Shown piece after piece: positions 8,303 to 17,068 of a stretch of DNA of 31,583 bases (the stretch's first letter is position 1; the number at the start of each line of letters is the position of its first letter). A program made the translations under genes and the position numbers. Under the pieces are notes generated by a model that ran no database searches, was not told the origin of the DNA, and was given only the letters and a program-made list of their open reading frames with translations. Origin of the DNA: Armatimonadota bacterium. GTDB lineage: Bacteria > Sysuimicrobiota > Sysuimicrobiia > Sysuimicrobiales > Humicultoraceae. The stretch is from NCBI GenBank assembly GCA_037446215.1, contig JBBIJB010000019.1:1-31583 (forward strand), given 5' to 3'.

Positions 8303-9234
8303 GCACGGTAGTCGAGACCGAGGGCCTGACTAAGCACTACGGGCCGGTCGTAGCCGTCGAGTCGCTCAACCTGCGCCTGCAGGCCGGAGAGGTCTTCGGC
8401 CTGCTGGGCCCCAACGGATCGGGCAAGACCACCACGATCCTCATGCTGCTGGGCTTGACTGAGCCCACGGGCGGTTGGGCCCGCGTCCTGGGAGAGGACC
8501 CGCTTCGCAACCCCCTGGCGGTGAAGCGGGGGGTGGGCTACCTCCCGGACTCGGTCGGCTTCTACGACGAGATGACGGCCCGCGAGAACCTGTGGTACAC
8601 CGCCCGGCTCAACTCGATCTCGCGCGCGGAGGCCGAGGTGCGAATCGACGAGGTGGTGGAGAACGCGGGGCTGAGCGAGGTGGTAGACCGGGCGGTCGGC
8701 ACCTACTCCCGCGGCATGCGGCAGCGCCTGGGCCTCGCCGAGGTCATGATGAAGAGGCCCCAGGTGGCCATACTGGACGAGCCCACGATGGGGCTCGACC
8801 CGGAGGCAGCGATCGAGTTCCTCGGCCAGATCAGGGGGCTCAGGTCGGCCGGGATAACGGTCCTGCTGTCCTCACACCACCTGCAGCAGGTCCAGGCGGT
8901 CTGCGACCGGGTCGGCCTCTTCCACAAGGGCAGGATGGTGTTGGAGGGCAGTGTCTCCTCGCTCAGCGATAAGGTGCTGGGCGGATCGTACAGGATCGAG
9001 GTCGAGGCAACCGGGGTCGACCTCGAGAAGGCGGTAGGTGGGGTGAAGGGCGTCGTCAGGGTCTCGCAGGTGCGGCTGGGAAGCTGGCTGGTCGAGTCCC
9101 AGCATGACTGCCGCGGAGAGGTGGCGCGTCAGGTCGTAGCCCACGGAGGAAGCCTGCTGGGGCTGACTCTGGAGCGAGCGAGCCTAGATGACGTGTACGC
9201 GCGCTACTTCCAGGAGGCCCGCTATGAGGCGTGA
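8299..9234 (+). CDS. ABC-2 type transporter ATP-binding protein
   Basis: Walker [10 protein letters not shown], signature YSRGMRQR, Walker B ILDEP and H-loop SSH. ATGA overlap with the upstream gene. Confidence 0.95.
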   Translation: MSTVVETEGLTKHYGPVVAVESLNLRLQAGEVFGLLGPNGSGKTTTILMLLGLTEPTGGWARVLGEDPLRNPLAVKRGVGYLPDSVGFYDEMTARENLWYTARLNSISRAEAEVRIDEVVENAGLSEVVDRAVGTYSRGMRQRLGLAEVMMKRPQVAILDEPTMGLDPEAAIEFLGQIRGLRSAGITVLLSSHHLQQVQAVCDRVGLFHKGRMVLEGSVSSLSDKVLGGSYRIEVEATGVDLEKAVGGVKGVVRVSQVRLGSWLVESQHDCRGEVARQVVAHGGSLLGLTLERASLDDVYARYFQEARYEA

Positions 9235-10186
9235 AGGATCTCCCTGGACCGGACTGGGCGTGGTGATGCTCAAGGAGCTCGCAGACCACCTGTCGAGCGT
9301 CCGCATGAGGCTGCTCGAGGGCCTGATGCTGCTCACCGCCATCGGAACGGTCTTCGCGGCAACGCAGACACTCCGGCAGACCATTGGCGAGGATCCGTTC
9401 ATCTACCTTCGGATCTTCACTGTAGACAGGGATCCGCTCCCATCGTTCGTCGCCTTCATGGGATTCCTGATTCCGCTTGCGGCGATAGCCCTCGCGTTCG
9501 ACTCCATCAACGGCGAGCACATGCGCAGGACGATGAGCCGCGTGCTCGCCCAGCCGATCTACCGCGATGCGGTGCTGCTTGGGAAGTTCCTCGGAGGGAT
9601 AGCGACGCTGGGGACCACGCTGCTCTCCCTCTGGCTGCTGGTCACGGGCCTGGGAATCCTCCGCCTGGGGGTGATACCGGAGGGCTCCGAGGTAGCGCGC
9701 GGGCTGCTCTACCTGCTCACCACCCTGGCGTACGGAGGGGTGTGGCTGGCGCTCGCGCTCACCTTCTCCGTGGTGTTCAGGCAGCCCGCGACCTCCGCGC
9801 TGGCGGCGCTGGCGGTGTGGCTGTTCTTCGCGGTCTTCTGGGAGATCCTGGCGGACCTGGTCTTCAGCATCTCAGGCAGCCTGGTGGCGGGCGGCGGCGA
9901 TCCGATGGCGCCCGCCGAGTACCGGCTGTTCCTGTCGCGGCTATCGCCGAACACGCTCTACTCGGAAACGGTGCTGGCCCTGCTGAAGCCCGAGATGCGG
10001 ACCCTGGGCCCGCTGCGGGTCGCGATCCAGTCTCTCGAGGAGGCAGGCGCGATCCCGAGAACGATGCTGCCGCTCTCGCAGAGCCTCCTGCTGGCCTGGC
10101 CGCAGTTCACGGGGCTGCTGGCGGTCGTGATCGTCCTGTTCGCCGCCGCCTACCTATTGTTCCAGCGGCAGGAGGTCAGGGCCTAG
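9224..10186 (+). CDS. ABC-2 type transporter permease
   Basis: FDSINGE...[20 protein letters not shown] and about 6 TM segments; ends FQRQEVRA. Confidence 0.92.
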   Translation: MRREGSPWTGLGVVMLKELADHLSSVRMRLLEGLMLLTAIGTVFAATQTLRQTIGEDPFIYLRIFTVDRDPLPSFVAFMGFLIPLAAIALAFDSINGEHMRRTMSRVLAQPIYRDAVLLGKFLGGIATLGTTLLSLWLLVTGLGILRLGVIPEGSEVARGLLYLLTTLAYGGVWLALALTFSVVFRQPATSALAALAVWLFFAVFWEILADLVFSISGSLVAGGGDPMAPAEYRLFLSRLSPNTLYSETVLALLKPEMRTLGPLRVAIQSLEEAGAIPRTMLPLSQSLLLAWPQFTGLLAVVIVLFAAAYLLFQRQEVRA

Positions 10187-10225
10187 CCGCGAGGCCTCGG
10201 CCCCTATCCTGGGGGGCGAGAACTG

Positions 10226-10256
10226 ACAGGGCCGGCGGATGATCCGCCGGCCCTGT
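10226..10256. terminator. Perfect inverted repeat between convergent genes (likely bidirectional terminator)
   Basis: ACAGGGCCGGCGGAT-G-ATCCGCCGGCCCTGT. Confidence 0.7.
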
Positions 10257-10280
10257 GCTCGTGGCTGCCCCGCCGGGCCG

Positions 10281-11645
10281 CTAGCCCCTGGGCTGGAAGG
10301 CGGCCAGCCGCTCCATGGAGCGCTCGACCTCCTCCTGCGGATAGGCGAAGTCCTGCAGCCTGCCCGTGAGGTAGGCGTCGTACGCGGAGAGATCGAAGTG
10401 ACCGTGGCCGGAGAGCCCGAAGAGGATCGTGCGCGGCTTCCCCTCGGCCTTGGCCTCCAGCGCCTCGTCCACGGCCTTGCGTATCGCATGCGCGGCCTCG
10501 GGCGCGGGGATTATCCCCTCGGTGCGCGCGAACTGCATGGCGGCCTCGAAGACCGCGCGCTGGCCGTAGGCCGCGGCATCTATGTAGCCGTGGTGGGCGA
10601 GCAGGCACACGAGCGGCGCGCCGCCGTGGTAGCGAAGCCCGCCCGCGTGTATCCCCGGCGGCACGAAGTCGTGCCCCAGCGTGTGCATCTTGATCAGCGG
10701 AGTGGTCGCGGCCGTGTCGCCGAAGTCGTAGAGGTACTGGCCGCGGGTGAGCGTCGGGCAGGCCTCTGGCTCGACTGCGGCGAACCGAACCTGCTTCCCG
10801 CCGAACTTGTCGGGCATGAACGGAAACGCGAGCCCGGCGAAGTTGCTGCCGCCGCCGACGCACCCTATGACGACGTCGGGGTAGTCACCCGAGAGCTCCA
10901 TCTGCTTGTGTGCCTCGAGACCGATCACGGTCTGATGCAGCAGGACGTGGTTCAGGACGCTGCCGAGCGAGTACTTGGTCTCGCCGCTCCCCGCGGCGTC
11001 CTCCACCGCTTCGCTGATGGCTATCCCGAGGCTGCCCGGCGACTCGGGCGATGCTTCGAGGATCGCCTTGCCCGCTCTTGTGCGGTCGGTCGGGCTCGGG
11101 AGGACGTCGGCGCCCCAGGTCTGCATCATCAGCTTGCGATAGGGCTTCTGATCGTAGGAGACCCGGACCATGTACACCGTGCACTCCAGGCCGAACAACC
11201 TGCAGGCGAATGAGAGCGCGCTGCCCCACTGGCCGGCGCCCGTTTCCGTGGATAGCCGACGAACGCCCTCCTGCTTGTTGTAGAAGGCCTGCGCCACTGC
11301 GGTGTTCGGCTTGTGGCTGCCGGCAGGGCTCGTCCCCTCGTACTTATAGTAGATGCGCGCCGGCGTATCCAGGGCCGCCTCCAGCCTCCTGGCGCGGTAG
11401 AGCGGGGTAGGCCTCCACAGCCGGTAGACGTCGCGGACGGGCGCGGGAATCTCGACCTCGCGCTCGGCGCTCACCTCCTGGGCGATGAGCTCCGCCGGGA
11501 AGAGGGGCTCCAGGTCGGCAGGGCCTATCGGCTGCCCTGTACCGGGATGGATCACCGGCGCGGGCGGAACCGGAAGGTCCGCCGCTATGTTGTACCAGGC
11601 CTTCGGGAGATCGCTTTCGCCCAACACTATCTTGGTAGAGTCCAC
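10281..11645 (-). CDS. trpB2: Tryptophan synthase beta chain, TrpB2 type (stand-alone)
   Basis: [35 protein letters not shown] (PLP Lys), [24 protein letters not shown] and LSGHGHFD. Start chosen at GTG 11645 from GGAGG spacing. Confidence 0.95.
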   Translation of the reverse strand: MDSTKIVLGESDLPKAWYNIAADLPVPPAPVIHPGTGQPIGPADLEPLFPAELIAQEVSAEREVEIPAPVRDVYRLWRPTPLYRARRLEAALDTPARIYYKYEGTSPAGSHKPNTAVAQAFYNKQEGVRRLSTETGAGQWGSALSFACRLFGLECTVYMVRVSYDQKPYRKLMMQTWGADVLPSPTDRTRAGKAILEASPESPGSLGIAISEAVEDAAGSGETKYSLGSVLNHVLLHQTVIGLEAHKQMELSGDYPDVVIGCVGGGSNFAGLAFPFMPDKFGGKQVRFAAVEPEACPTLTRGQYLYDFGDTAATTPLIKMHTLGHDFVPPGIHAGGLRYHGGAPLVCLLAHHGYIDAAAYGQRAVFEAAMQFARTEGIIPAPEAAHAIRKAVDEALEAKAEGKPRTILFGLSGHGHFDLSAYDAYLTGRLQDFAYPQEEVERSMERLAAFQPRG

Positions 11646-11707
11646 TGCCAGCACCTCCCCTGATCTGGGGGCATGCGCGCGGGTGGTGCGCCCCGCGCTC
11701 CCCGGAT

Positions 11708-11997
11708 ATAAGAGTACCGGCCTCCGTGTTGGGACGGAGGCCGGTTCCGTGGTGCCACCCAGTTTCCGCCGGGGCAGGCCTTACGTCGGCACCATACCTC
11801 GACGCTGCCTGATCCTGCGGCGCTTGGGCCCGGTATCGGCGGGCAGCCGGTACGGCTAGTTGCTCGCCGGGCCAGCGAGCTGCCCGGCTCGTGTTCGCCG
11901 CACCCCTCCTGGGGCCATTCCGCGCCGCGCAGCGGCTGCCTTCCACCTGAGCAGCTCTCTGTGCGCCCGCCTGGCGCGTACTAGTCCCGATCATCGG
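11708..11997 (-). ncRNA. T-box riboswitch with Trp (UGG) specifier
   Basis: Stem I carries the GA motif (CGATGA), AGTA, AGAGAG box, GGTGGAA loop and specifier GAA-TGG-C (11915-11917). T-box AACTGGGTGGCACCACGG with CCGTCCC partner. Terminator stem 11716-11745. Confidence 0.92.
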
Positions 11998-12010
11998 GCG
12001 ATTTCGCGCT

Positions 12011-13858
12011 CTATTCGCCCCAGGGATCCGAATCCCTTCTCGGCGCGGGCAACATCTTGAGTTCGGTAGGCTCTTCAGGAGCGGCCTGAGGCCCTGGGGC
12101 GGGCTCGCCCGGCTCCTCCTTGTCGGGATGGGCCGTGGCCGGCCGCCTCTGGCGGGCCTGAAGCGCGCGCAGCCGGTTCAGGACCGCGGCCACCTCATGC
12201 TTGCGTGGCATCGCGTAGTCGGAGGCCGCCGCCTGCGCGGAGGCGAGCACGCCCAACCCTGAGGCGTCGATGTCGGCGAAGACGCGGTCCACGATCTCGG
12301 AGATCGAGGCGTTGCCGTCCACGTAACCCCTGTCGAGCGCGTGCAGTACGGCGTCTCCCGCGGCGCGTGCCTGGCCGGGATCTACGAGGTGGCGGAGACC
12401 GGAGAGGTCGACGGACTCGCGGCCGATGCCGGCAGCGGATCGCCCGCGCAACTCGGTGCGCGCGCCGCGGCTCTTGAAGCCCGCGAACCCACGCGGCAGG
12501 GGCACTCGGGGGACCGGGAGCGAGACCGGTCGGCCCCCGCGCGTCCGCCACCCGGGGAAGCCGCCGAAGATGGCGCGCGCCCGCTCCGTGGCGGCCTGAG
12601 GCCTGAAGCCCTCCATCAGGATCACCGTGTCGGCGACCGCTAGGTAGTCACCCAGCCCGCCCGTGGCTACAACGACGGAGACCCCGTGCTCCTCCCAGAG
12701 CGACCTCACCTGATCGACCAGCGCCGCGAGCGGCTCCCCCTCGCTGCCTACTAGCTGCCGCATGGCGGCGTCCCCGGCAAGGTAGGGAGTCGCGCCCTCG
12801 TCCTCGTCGAAGATAAGCAGGCCTGTGCCCATCTCGAGCGCCTCGGCAACGGCCGCGGCCATGGAGACGACCCCCGGCGCCCTCTCATAGGAGACGGAGG
12901 CCGCGCTGGGGCGGTTCGGGATCTCTCGGAATGCGGCCTGGAGATCCACCCGCTCGACGCGCCTGCCCGGCTCGGAGAGCACCACGACGGCATCGGGGCG
13001 CGCGGCAACCAACTCCCTGCCGTCCCCGGGCACGTGCGGGAAGACCCCCGAGGCCAGCGCTGAGATCAGCGTAGACTTCCCGGAGAACGCGCCGCCTGCG
13101 ACGACCGTCACGCCGAGCGGAAAGCCCAGGCCGCGCACGCGACCGCCGTTGGGCAGCTCCACCGTGACCGCGAGCTCCTCGGGCGCGGTGAGCGGCACCA
13201 CGCGCCCTCCGTGAAGCGGCCTGTCTGCGAAAGCGGACTCGCGGGGCAGCACAGAGCCGTCGGCGACGAAGGCGGCCAGCCCGAGCGAAGGCAGGGCGTC
13301 GCGCAGGTGGAGGTAGTCCTGAACGACCCGGACATGGCTCTGTGCCGCCTCTGCGTCGAGGTCCGGCCACGTGAGTCCTGAGGCCACAACCGCGGGGAGA
13401 TCCTCGGAGAAGAACGCCTGTGCCGGCTTGGTCGCGGCCTTTCGGCCTTCGGCCGGCAGCGCCAGGACACCCCTGACCTCCACGTAGTCCTCGTGCAGGG
13501 CCACGCAGTTGCGGGCCAGGATCTCCTGCCCTCCCGCCTCAACCGTGAGCGGCGCGACCCTACCGGGCCAGCGTGTCCGCACGTGCTTGTGGGCGGCGTC
13601 TCTCATGCTGCGTGCGAGGAAGTCCTCCACCGCCAGCCGGCCGCTGGGCTCCGACCACAGCGCCCGCGGCACCCGGGCCTCGGCCTGGTCCACCCGGATC
13701 CTGAAGCGGGCGCTCGGGACGGCCGCCTCGGCCTGAACGCCTTCGATGTGGAGCTCGAAGCGATCGAAGCGGTAGGCCCCCGCCACCTCCCGGTAGACCT
13801 GCAGCCCCTTGCCGTTTGCGACGATCAGCTTGTCGCGAAGTCGCTCTGAGGGAAACAT
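12011..13858 (-). CDS. COG3044-type 'ATPase of the ABC class' (ABC_ATPase domain), divergent
   Basis: AFVADGSVLPRES, Walker A GGAFSGKST, HVPGDGRELV and EALEMG..LLIFDED. Start taken at ATG 13858. Confidence 0.8.
   Translation of the reverse strand: MFPSERLRDKLIVANGKGLQVYREVAGAYRFDRFELHIEGVQAEAAVPSARFRIRVDQAEARVPRALWSEPSGRLAVEDFLARSMRDAAHKHVRTRWPGRVAPLTVEAGGQEILARNCVALHEDYVEVRGVLALPAEGRKAATKPAQAFFSEDLPAVVASGLTWPDLDAEAAQSHVRVVQDYLHLRDALPSLGLAAFVADGSVLPRESAFADRPLHGGRVVPLTAPEELAVTVELPNGGRVRGLGFPLGVTVVAGGAFSGKSTLISALASGVFPHVPGDGRELVAARPDAVVVLSEPGRRVERVDLQAAFREIPNRPSAASVSYERAPGVVSMAAAVAEALEMGTGLLIFDEDEGATPYLAGDAAMRQLVGSEGEPLAALVDQVRSLWEEHGVSVVVATGGLGDYLAVADTVILMEGFRPQAATERARAIFGGFPGWRTRGGRPVSLPVPRVPLPRGFAGFKSRGARTELRGRSAAGIGRESVDLSGLRHLVDPGQARAAGDAVLHALDRGYVDGNASISEIVDRVFADIDASGLGVLASAQAAASDYAMPRKHEVAAVLNRLRALQARQRRPATAHPDKEEPGEPAPGPQAAPEEPTELKMLPAPRRDSDPWGE
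12013..12037 (-). promoter_or_regulatory. Putative AGGG-N17-GAAT promoter immediately upstream of the T-box
   Basis: Minus strand GAAGGGATTCGGATCCCTGGGGCGAAT; would place the TSS just before stem I. Confidence 0.5.
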
Positions 13859-13880
13859 CTTATGGACGCGCTCCCTGTGG

Positions 13881-15272
13881 TTATCGCCGTACCGCGGCGG
13901 CGGGCGGCTGGGCCCTGGAGAGGCCAAGCCGCTGACGTGCGAGGGCTACCGCCTGCACTAGCTGGCTGTCGCGCCCGCCGTCCAGATCGGCCAGCGAGAG
14001 CGCGACCGCCACATCGGGCGAGACGCCGACCCCCTCCAGCCGCCTTCCAAGCCCGGACGCGAGGCGAAGCACCGTGACGCTGAGGGCCGATCCGTCCGAG
14101 AGATCCTGGAAGATGCCCGCCTCTACCGCGCCGCTGGTCTTGGCCCCGACCAGGGTGGCCCTACCGTGCTCCTGAAGCGCGGCCGCCAGCAGCTCGGCGG
14201 CCGAGGCCGAGCTCTCGTCAATCAGGACCACCAGGGGCACGTGGGAGGGCAGGATCGGCACACCCGAGGTGCGCACTGTCCTGGTGACTCCTCCGCGGCT
14301 CGTCTCCTGGTAGATGGCACGGCCGGACGGTAGCAGCAGGTTCAGGACCGCGGCAAGCTCGTGCAGATAGCCTCCCGAGTTGGCGCGGAGGTCGAGCACC
14401 ACCGCCCGGGCACCGCCGCCCAGTACCCGCTCGAGGGCCTGCCGGAACTCCGCGCCTGTGCGGCTTATGAACTGGTAGAGGTGAAGGTGGCCGACCCCGC
14501 CCTCCATGACTCTCGCCTGGAAGATGGCCGGCACGTGAATGGGCGCCCTCACCAGCGTGACCGCCACCGTCCCCGCCGAGCCGGGCCTCTCCAGCGTCAG
14601 TGTCACCGGGGTACCGGAAGGGCCGCGAATGGTCCCGGCGACCTGCGAGATCTGGAGTCCGGCCGTCGAGGTCCCATCTATCCTCACTATCCTGTCGAGT
14701 GCCCGCATGCCGGCGGCCTCAGCCGGGCCGCCCGGTATTACATCCCGCACGTAGAATTTGCCCTCGCGGGACATCAGGACGATGCCCGTGCCCGAGAAGG
14801 CCGCCTGCTGACGTTGCCTAAGGATCCTCTCGCGGTTCTCCTCGGGCGTGACGAAGCCGGTGTGCGAGTCGTCGAAGACGGCCGTCATGGCCCTGATGGC
14901 GGCATAGGCGAGCGCGGCCTGGCTCAGCCGTCCGCCCGATGCGCCCGAGGCGGCGTCGAAGCGCAGGCGGAACTGCGCCTCAGCCGCGGCGAGCGCAGCG
15001 CCCTGTGGGAGATCCCCGAGATCAGCATGGATACCGGACGCCGACAGCGCGCTCCTCAACCCCCCGATGGCGGCGTTGAGCAGCGCCGCCGAGTCGACGG
15101 GGTCGACATAGCGCTCGCGCAACACACCGAGGGCTTCCAGGACCAGCCCGGCGCCCGAGGCCTGCGTACGAGGCATCGCGGGGGGAGCGAGCAGGAGCGA
15201 GACGGCAAGCAGCAGGACGAGTACCCGGCCCGTGACCCCGAGCGGACGCGTGCGCCTCAAGGCGGTGCTCAT
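13881..15272 (-). CDS. S41-family (CtpA-like) PDZ-containing C-terminal processing peptidase
   Basis: Signal peptide, DSHTGF, PDZ domain (GGPAEAAG..D.I..IDG), VLDLRANSGG, SASAAE and GVSPDV. Start overlaps the ccdA stop (TGATG). Confidence 0.9.
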   Translation of the reverse strand: MSTALRRTRPLGVTGRVLVLLLAVSLLLAPPAMPRTQASGAGLVLEALGVLRERYVDPVDSAALLNAAIGGLRSALSASGIHADLGDLPQGAALAAAEAQFRLRFDAASGASGGRLSQAALAYAAIRAMTAVFDDSHTGFVTPEENRERILRQRQQAAFSGTGIVLMSREGKFYVRDVIPGGPAEAAGMRALDRIVRIDGTSTAGLQISQVAGTIRGPSGTPVTLTLERPGSAGTVAVTLVRAPIHVPAIFQARVMEGGVGHLHLYQFISRTGAEFRQALERVLGGGARAVVLDLRANSGGYLHELAAVLNLLLPSGRAIYQETSRGGVTRTVRTSGVPILPSHVPLVVLIDESSASAAELLAAALQEHGRATLVGAKTSGAVEAGIFQDLSDGSALSVTVLRLASGLGRRLEGVGVSPDVAVALSLADLDGGRDSQLVQAVALARQRLGLSRAQPPAAAVRR

Positions 15273-16000
15273 CAGAGCGCGGGCCGGTACGGAAGCAATC
15301 TGAAGAGCCATGTATTCACCAGGAAGAGAAGATCCGCGATCATGGCGGCGCCCATCAGCACCAGAAACAGCCCGCTCGCGGTCGTGATCACCCGCGCGTT
15401 CCGGCGCAGCCGACCCATCGTTTCGAACGCGGCCGTCAGGAGCATCGCGGTCGCCAGGAAGGGCAGGCCCAATCCCAGCGAGTAGACGAAGAGCAGCGAG
15501 GCGCCGCTCCCCGCGGTCTGTGAGGTCGCCGCCAGCGTGAGAACCGCGGTCAGGACCGGTCCGACGCAGGGTGTCCAGGCGAAGCCGAACGCCATCCCCA
15601 CCGGAAACGCCCCGAGGAGACCGAAGGGCCGACGGCGCACCTCCAGCCTTCGCTCGCGGTAGAGGGCCGGCACCTTGATCACGCCGAGCACAGACAGCCC
15701 GAGCAGGACGACGACCACGCCCCCGATCCGGGTCAGCAGGAGCCGGTGCTCGATCACCACGCCGCCCAGCAGCGAGGCGGAGGCCCCCATGGCGGTGAAG
15801 ATGGACGCAAACCCCAGGACGAAGAAGGCGGTGGAGGCCAGAACCCTGCCGAGGTGCCTCCTCCTCTCTTCGACCGACATCTCGGCAAGCGACAACCCCG
15901 ACACGAACGACAGGTAGCCGGGTATGAGGGGGACGACACACGGGCTCAGGAAGCCCATGGTGCCGGCAGCGAACGCCAGGATGTAGTTGACCTCGGGCAT
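15272..16000 (-). CDS. ccdA: CcdA/DsbD-type transmembrane thiol-disulfide electron transporter
   Basis: [23 protein letters not shown] and [10 protein letters not shown]; about 6 TM segments. Confidence 0.94.
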   Translation of the reverse strand: MPEVNYILAFAAGTMGFLSPCVVPLIPGYLSFVSGLSLAEMSVEERRRHLGRVLASTAFFVLGFASIFTAMGASASLLGGVVIEHRLLLTRIGGVVVVLLGLSVLGVIKVPALYRERRLEVRRRPFGLLGAFPVGMAFGFAWTPCVGPVLTAVLTLAATSQTAGSGASLLFVYSLGLGLPFLATAMLLTAAFETMGRLRRNARVITTASGLFLVLMGAAMIADLLFLVNTWLFRLLPYRPAL

Positions 16001-16098
16001 CGCCGTCTCCCTCGGGACTACTGCCGTTGAGTATTATGCCACAACCCCGCCCAACGTTCGACGCCGCGGGCGTGCCGGTCTATTCCTCGGCGCTGTGT

Positions 16099-16128
16099 TT
16101 GACACCCCGAGAGGCGGCATGCTATGGT
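16099..16128 (+). promoter_or_regulatory. Sigma70 promoter TTGACA-N18-TATGGT (extended -10) for csp
   Basis: Perfect -35 and TGc-TATGGT. A divergent TGg-CATAAT for ccdA lies at 16033-16041 on the minus strand. Confidence 0.7.
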
Positions 16129-16203
16129 CTTCCCTGCGGCCTCGCCGCTCCGGCGGTGGAGGCCGTACATCATGCGGGTGCAGCGAAAGGAAGAGTGGTA
16201 GGA

Positions 16204-16404
16204 ATGGCAAAGGGCAAGGTCAAGTGGTTCAGCGCCGAGAAGGGCTACGGCTTCATCTCGGTCGAGGGTGGAAACGACGTCTTCGTGCACTACTCGGAGA
16301 TCCAAAGCGAGGGCTTCCGCAGCCTGCAGGAAGGGCAGCAGGTGGAGTTCGAGATCGTGGAGGGGCGCAAGGGCCCGCAGGCCTCCAACGTGGTGCTCTC
16401 CTAG
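16204..16404 (+). CDS. Cold-shock protein (CspA family), 66 aa
   Basis: [25 protein letters not shown] and KGPQASNV (RNP1/RNP2 motifs). Confidence 0.97.
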   Translation: MAKGKVKWFSAEKGYGFISVEGGNDVFVHYSEIQSEGFRSLQEGQQVEFEIVEGRKGPQASNVVLS

Positions 16405-16417
16405 CGCGGTCAGTTCG

Positions 16418-16455
16418 AGCGGCCCCGGGCATCTGCCCGGGGCCGCTTCTCTTCT
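16418..16455 (+). terminator. Intrinsic terminator after csp
   Basis: AGCGGCCCCGGGCA-TC-TGCCCGGGGCCGCT followed by TCTCTTCT. Confidence 0.75.
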
Positions 16456-16530
16456 CCGGATCGTTGCCGGGCGCCGCCCGGGGTTGCTACAATCAGGACG
16501 CCCGGGAAGACGCCACTCCCTGCAGCGGAG

Positions 16531-16806
16531 ATGATCATGGTGGAGTTGATCTACCTCGTTGACCTCCTGTACAGGGTCGCGGCCATGCTCATCCTCGCCC
16601 GGGTGATAGTCTCGTGGATCCCCGGCATGGGCATGGGACACCCGGCCGTACAGGTCCTGCACCAGATCACCTCGCCGATCCTCGACCCGATCCGCCGCCT
16701 GCTCCCGCCGGTGGGCGGGCTCGATCTCTCGCCGATCGTGGCGATCCTGCTGCTGTCGCTCGTCCGCACCCTGCTCGTGGAACTGGCGATGACGATGCGG
16801 CTCTAG
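16531..16806 (+). CDS. yggT: YggT/YlmG family membrane protein
   Basis: ARVIVSW...ITSPILDPIRRLLPPVGGLDLSPIV. Promoter-like TTGCCG-N18-TACAAT at 16464-16493. Confidence 0.92.
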   Translation: MIMVELIYLVDLLYRVAAMLILARVIVSWIPGMGMGHPAVQVLHQITSPILDPIRRLLPPVGGLDLSPIVAILLLSLVRTLLVELAMTMRL

Positions 16807-16825
16807 CCGCGGGAGGAGGGAAGAG

Positions 16826-17068
16826 ATGGTCCAGGCCTACGTATTGATCCGCATCCTGCCGGGCAAGCTCTCCGATGCACTGGCCCAGATACTACGGACG
16901 CCGGGCGTCAAGATGGCCCACGCCGTGACCGGGCCTACCGACATCGTGGCGTTCGTGGAGACCGAGAGCATGGACACGCTCGGCCGGCTGATCGTCTCGC
17001 GCTTCCAGGAGGTCCCGGGCGTGACAAGGACGACCACCTGCGTGGTGACGCCCGTCAGCGAGGGCTAG
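16826..17068 (+). CDS. Stand-alone Lrp/AsnC ligand-binding (RAM) domain protein
   Basis: VQAYVLI, AHAVTGPTDIVA and PGVTRTTTC; no HTH. GGAGG RBS. Confidence 0.88.
   Translation: MVQAYVLIRILPGKLSDALAQILRTPGVKMAHAVTGPTDIVAFVETESMDTLGRLIVSRFQEVPGVTRTTTCVVTPVSEG

Noticed and set aside
11917..11941. AGGC-N17-GAAT promoter-like match
   Set aside because: Lies inside T-box stem I; GAAT is part of the specifier loop.
13881..15941. 686-aa extended S41 protease or CcdA-protease fusion
   Set aside because: The extension is an alternate frame over ccdA; a signal peptide follows the ATG at 15272.
16059..16086. GGAAT-N19-GTC upstream of ccdA as a second SigR site
   Set aside because: Spacing and -10 both deviate, and a sigma70-type extended -10 is present; too weak to call.
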